Below are positions 35,988 through 37,135 of a DNA stretch of 37,135 bases, one piece after another. The notes under the pieces are model-generated. The model did no database searches. It was given only the letters and a program-made list of their open reading frames with translations, and had not been told where the DNA came from. The DNA comes from Rhodanobacteraceae bacterium (GTDB taxonomy: Bacteria > Acidobacteriota > Terriglobia > Terriglobales > Acidobacteriaceae): the NCBI GenBank assembly GCA_043783075.1, contig JAYVZU010000389.1, positions 1 to 37,135 of the forward strand. Reading direction: 5' to 3'. Each line of letters begins with the position of its first letter. Within the stretch, counting starts at the first letter, position 1. The translations under genes were made by a program, and so were the position numbers.

Positions 35988-36954
35988 CGGGTTCCGCCCG
36001 GTTCATGTGCATACCCACAATGGCGCCGCGCAGCCGGTTTCCGAAGAACAGGCAGGGGCGCGGGTATAGCGACCAATCAATGGAAGTAACGCCGTTCTGC
36101 AGTAGCTGGAGCATTTCTATATTATAAAGCCCATCGCTTGGCAGGCTTGGGACTTCGTAGTTCGCACCCTCGGTGAGAATGGGATGCGTGCTGACGTTGC
36201 CGTCCTGGAAATACACCCGCCCCATCTTGTCCACAAAGGGTTTGATTGTTTCGAGTGCGTGAAATAACTCCTCGCCTATGGGTGCGGGTGCGCTCTTGTT
36301 GTCCAACACCTTACGCAAGTCGGGCCAATCGGTTGGCAGCACTTGCGTTCGAATCCAACGCTTGTCAGCATAATGAAATGTGACACTGTTTTCAGCCACC
36401 TGGGCGTGCGTGGGCGCCTCGTTCACGCGCAGCAGCTCCTTCACCGCAGCCCGCGGAATATTGACGGTAATCGGGAATTCCAACCCGAGCCAATACTCCA
36501 CCAGACATACGTTATTGGTAGCGAATGCGCTGGCGCGGCTCAGTAACACCCCATTGGACCACGGACGGGAAGCGTCGTCGCCCATGAACGGCGCCACCGC
36601 TTTCAGTGCCTCGAGAAACACGTTGCCGTCAATGTCGGTCATTACGCCGTCTGGGACCGCGTGAGGGGTTTCACCTTCTATGCAATCAATGAAGGCCTTG
36701 AATGCGCCGCTGCGCACCGACAAGCGCCCGGCTGGCGTGATTGCGAGCCGCACTGTGTCCTCGCAGTTTGCAATCGCCCGCACCAGCGTCTCAGCTTTTG
36801 GCTTGCAAGCGATATCGAACGGGATAGGGCTGCACAGCGCCAGCGTCCCGTTATACCCGCGGACCTCACCGTTCTCGATGCAGAAATGGGTCAGCGCTGG
36901 AATAAAGTCTTTCTTCGATACCGCACCGAGTACAAACTTGAGTTCCTTCAACAT
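35977..36954 (-). CDS. DNA polymerase III beta-like sliding clamp
   Basis: 325 aa; D.SR.W.NGV....AFATN, IPR..V.EL, WPD motifs; adjacent to the polymerase. Confidence 0.85.
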   Translation of the reverse strand: MLKELKFVLGAVSKKDFIPALTHFCIENGEVRGYNGTLALCSPIPFDIACKPKAETLVRAIANCEDTVRLAITPAGRLSVRSGAFKAFIDCIEGETPHAVPDGVMTDIDGNVFLEALKAVAPFMGDDASRPWSNGVLLSRASAFATNNVCLVEYWLGLEFPITVNIPRAAVKELLRVNEAPTHAQVAENSVTFHYADKRWIRTQVLPTDWPDLRKVLDNKSAPAPIGEELFHALETIKPFVDKMGRVYFQDGNVSTHPILTEGANYEVPSLPSDGLYNIEMLQLLQNGVTSIDWSLYPRPCLFFGNRLRGAIVGMHMNRAEPDAE

Positions 36955-37135
36955 CAGAATAACTCCTGCACCCGAGCGGTGAATTGCTCGTAATCATTCT
37001 CAGCGTTCATCATGGTATTAAGTACCCCGTAAGCCCACAAATTATACGCGGCGCGGGATTCGTAGACAGTGCTCAAGCGCTCGAGCGTGAACCCCTGCTG
37101 TTCAAGTGTTCGCAAGACGTGGTCTTGTTCAATTG
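36954..37135 (-). CDS. C-terminus of a probable DpdA (TGT-like DNA guanine transglycosylase); truncated by the window edge
   Basis: ...IEQDHVLRTLEQQGFTLERLSTVYESRAAYNLWAYGVLNTMMNAENDYEQFTARVQELF*; TGATG overlap with the clamp gene; resembles phage DpdA C-termini as recalled, but the catalytic region lies outside the window. Confidence 0.55.
   Translation of the reverse strand, partial: IEQDHVLRTLEQQGFTLERLSTVYESRAAYNLWAYGVLNTMMNAENDYEQFTARVQELF

Noticed and set aside
1-37135. Gene transfer agent rather than phage
   Set aside because: Only the tail tip is GTA-like; the window has its own polymerase, clamp, helicase and a non-GTA head module
1-37135. tRNA or rRNA genes, integrase (including IntI), introns and inteins
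   Set aside because: None recognised by eye; TerL, PolB and helicase have normal lengths

Overview
The window is a ~37 kb piece of a tailed dsDNA phage genome, most likely a siphovirus with a long non-contractile tail. A proteobacterial host is inferred from the GC-rich sequence and the GTA-like tail tip. The + strand (about 1-29307) carries small ORFs, a Holliday-junction-resolvase-like nuclease, TerS and TerL, and a fibre/adhesin module placed unusually between terL and portal. It continues with a portal-MuF fusion, an XkdF-type protease/scaffold, the major capsid protein, neck and tail genes with a GGGGGAA -1 frameshift chaperone, a tape measure, an RcGTA-like tail tip (DUF2460, DUF2163, NlpC/P60, megatron), a tail fibre and holin-like genes with no visible endolysin. 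The - strand (29308-37135) is an early/replication arm with an SF1 helicase, a family-B DNA polymerase, a beta sliding clamp and the C-terminus of a probable DpdA. The most notable feature is an integron-type attC gene-cassette array at about 32200-33880, with two complete and two half attC sites and no integrase in the window. Its three cassettes all carry genes antisense to the attC top strand, including a Tad1-family immune-signal sponge and a stand-alone RyR-domain protein, and two of the cassettes share a 35-nt leader. All protein calls come from motif recognition by eye; no searches were run.
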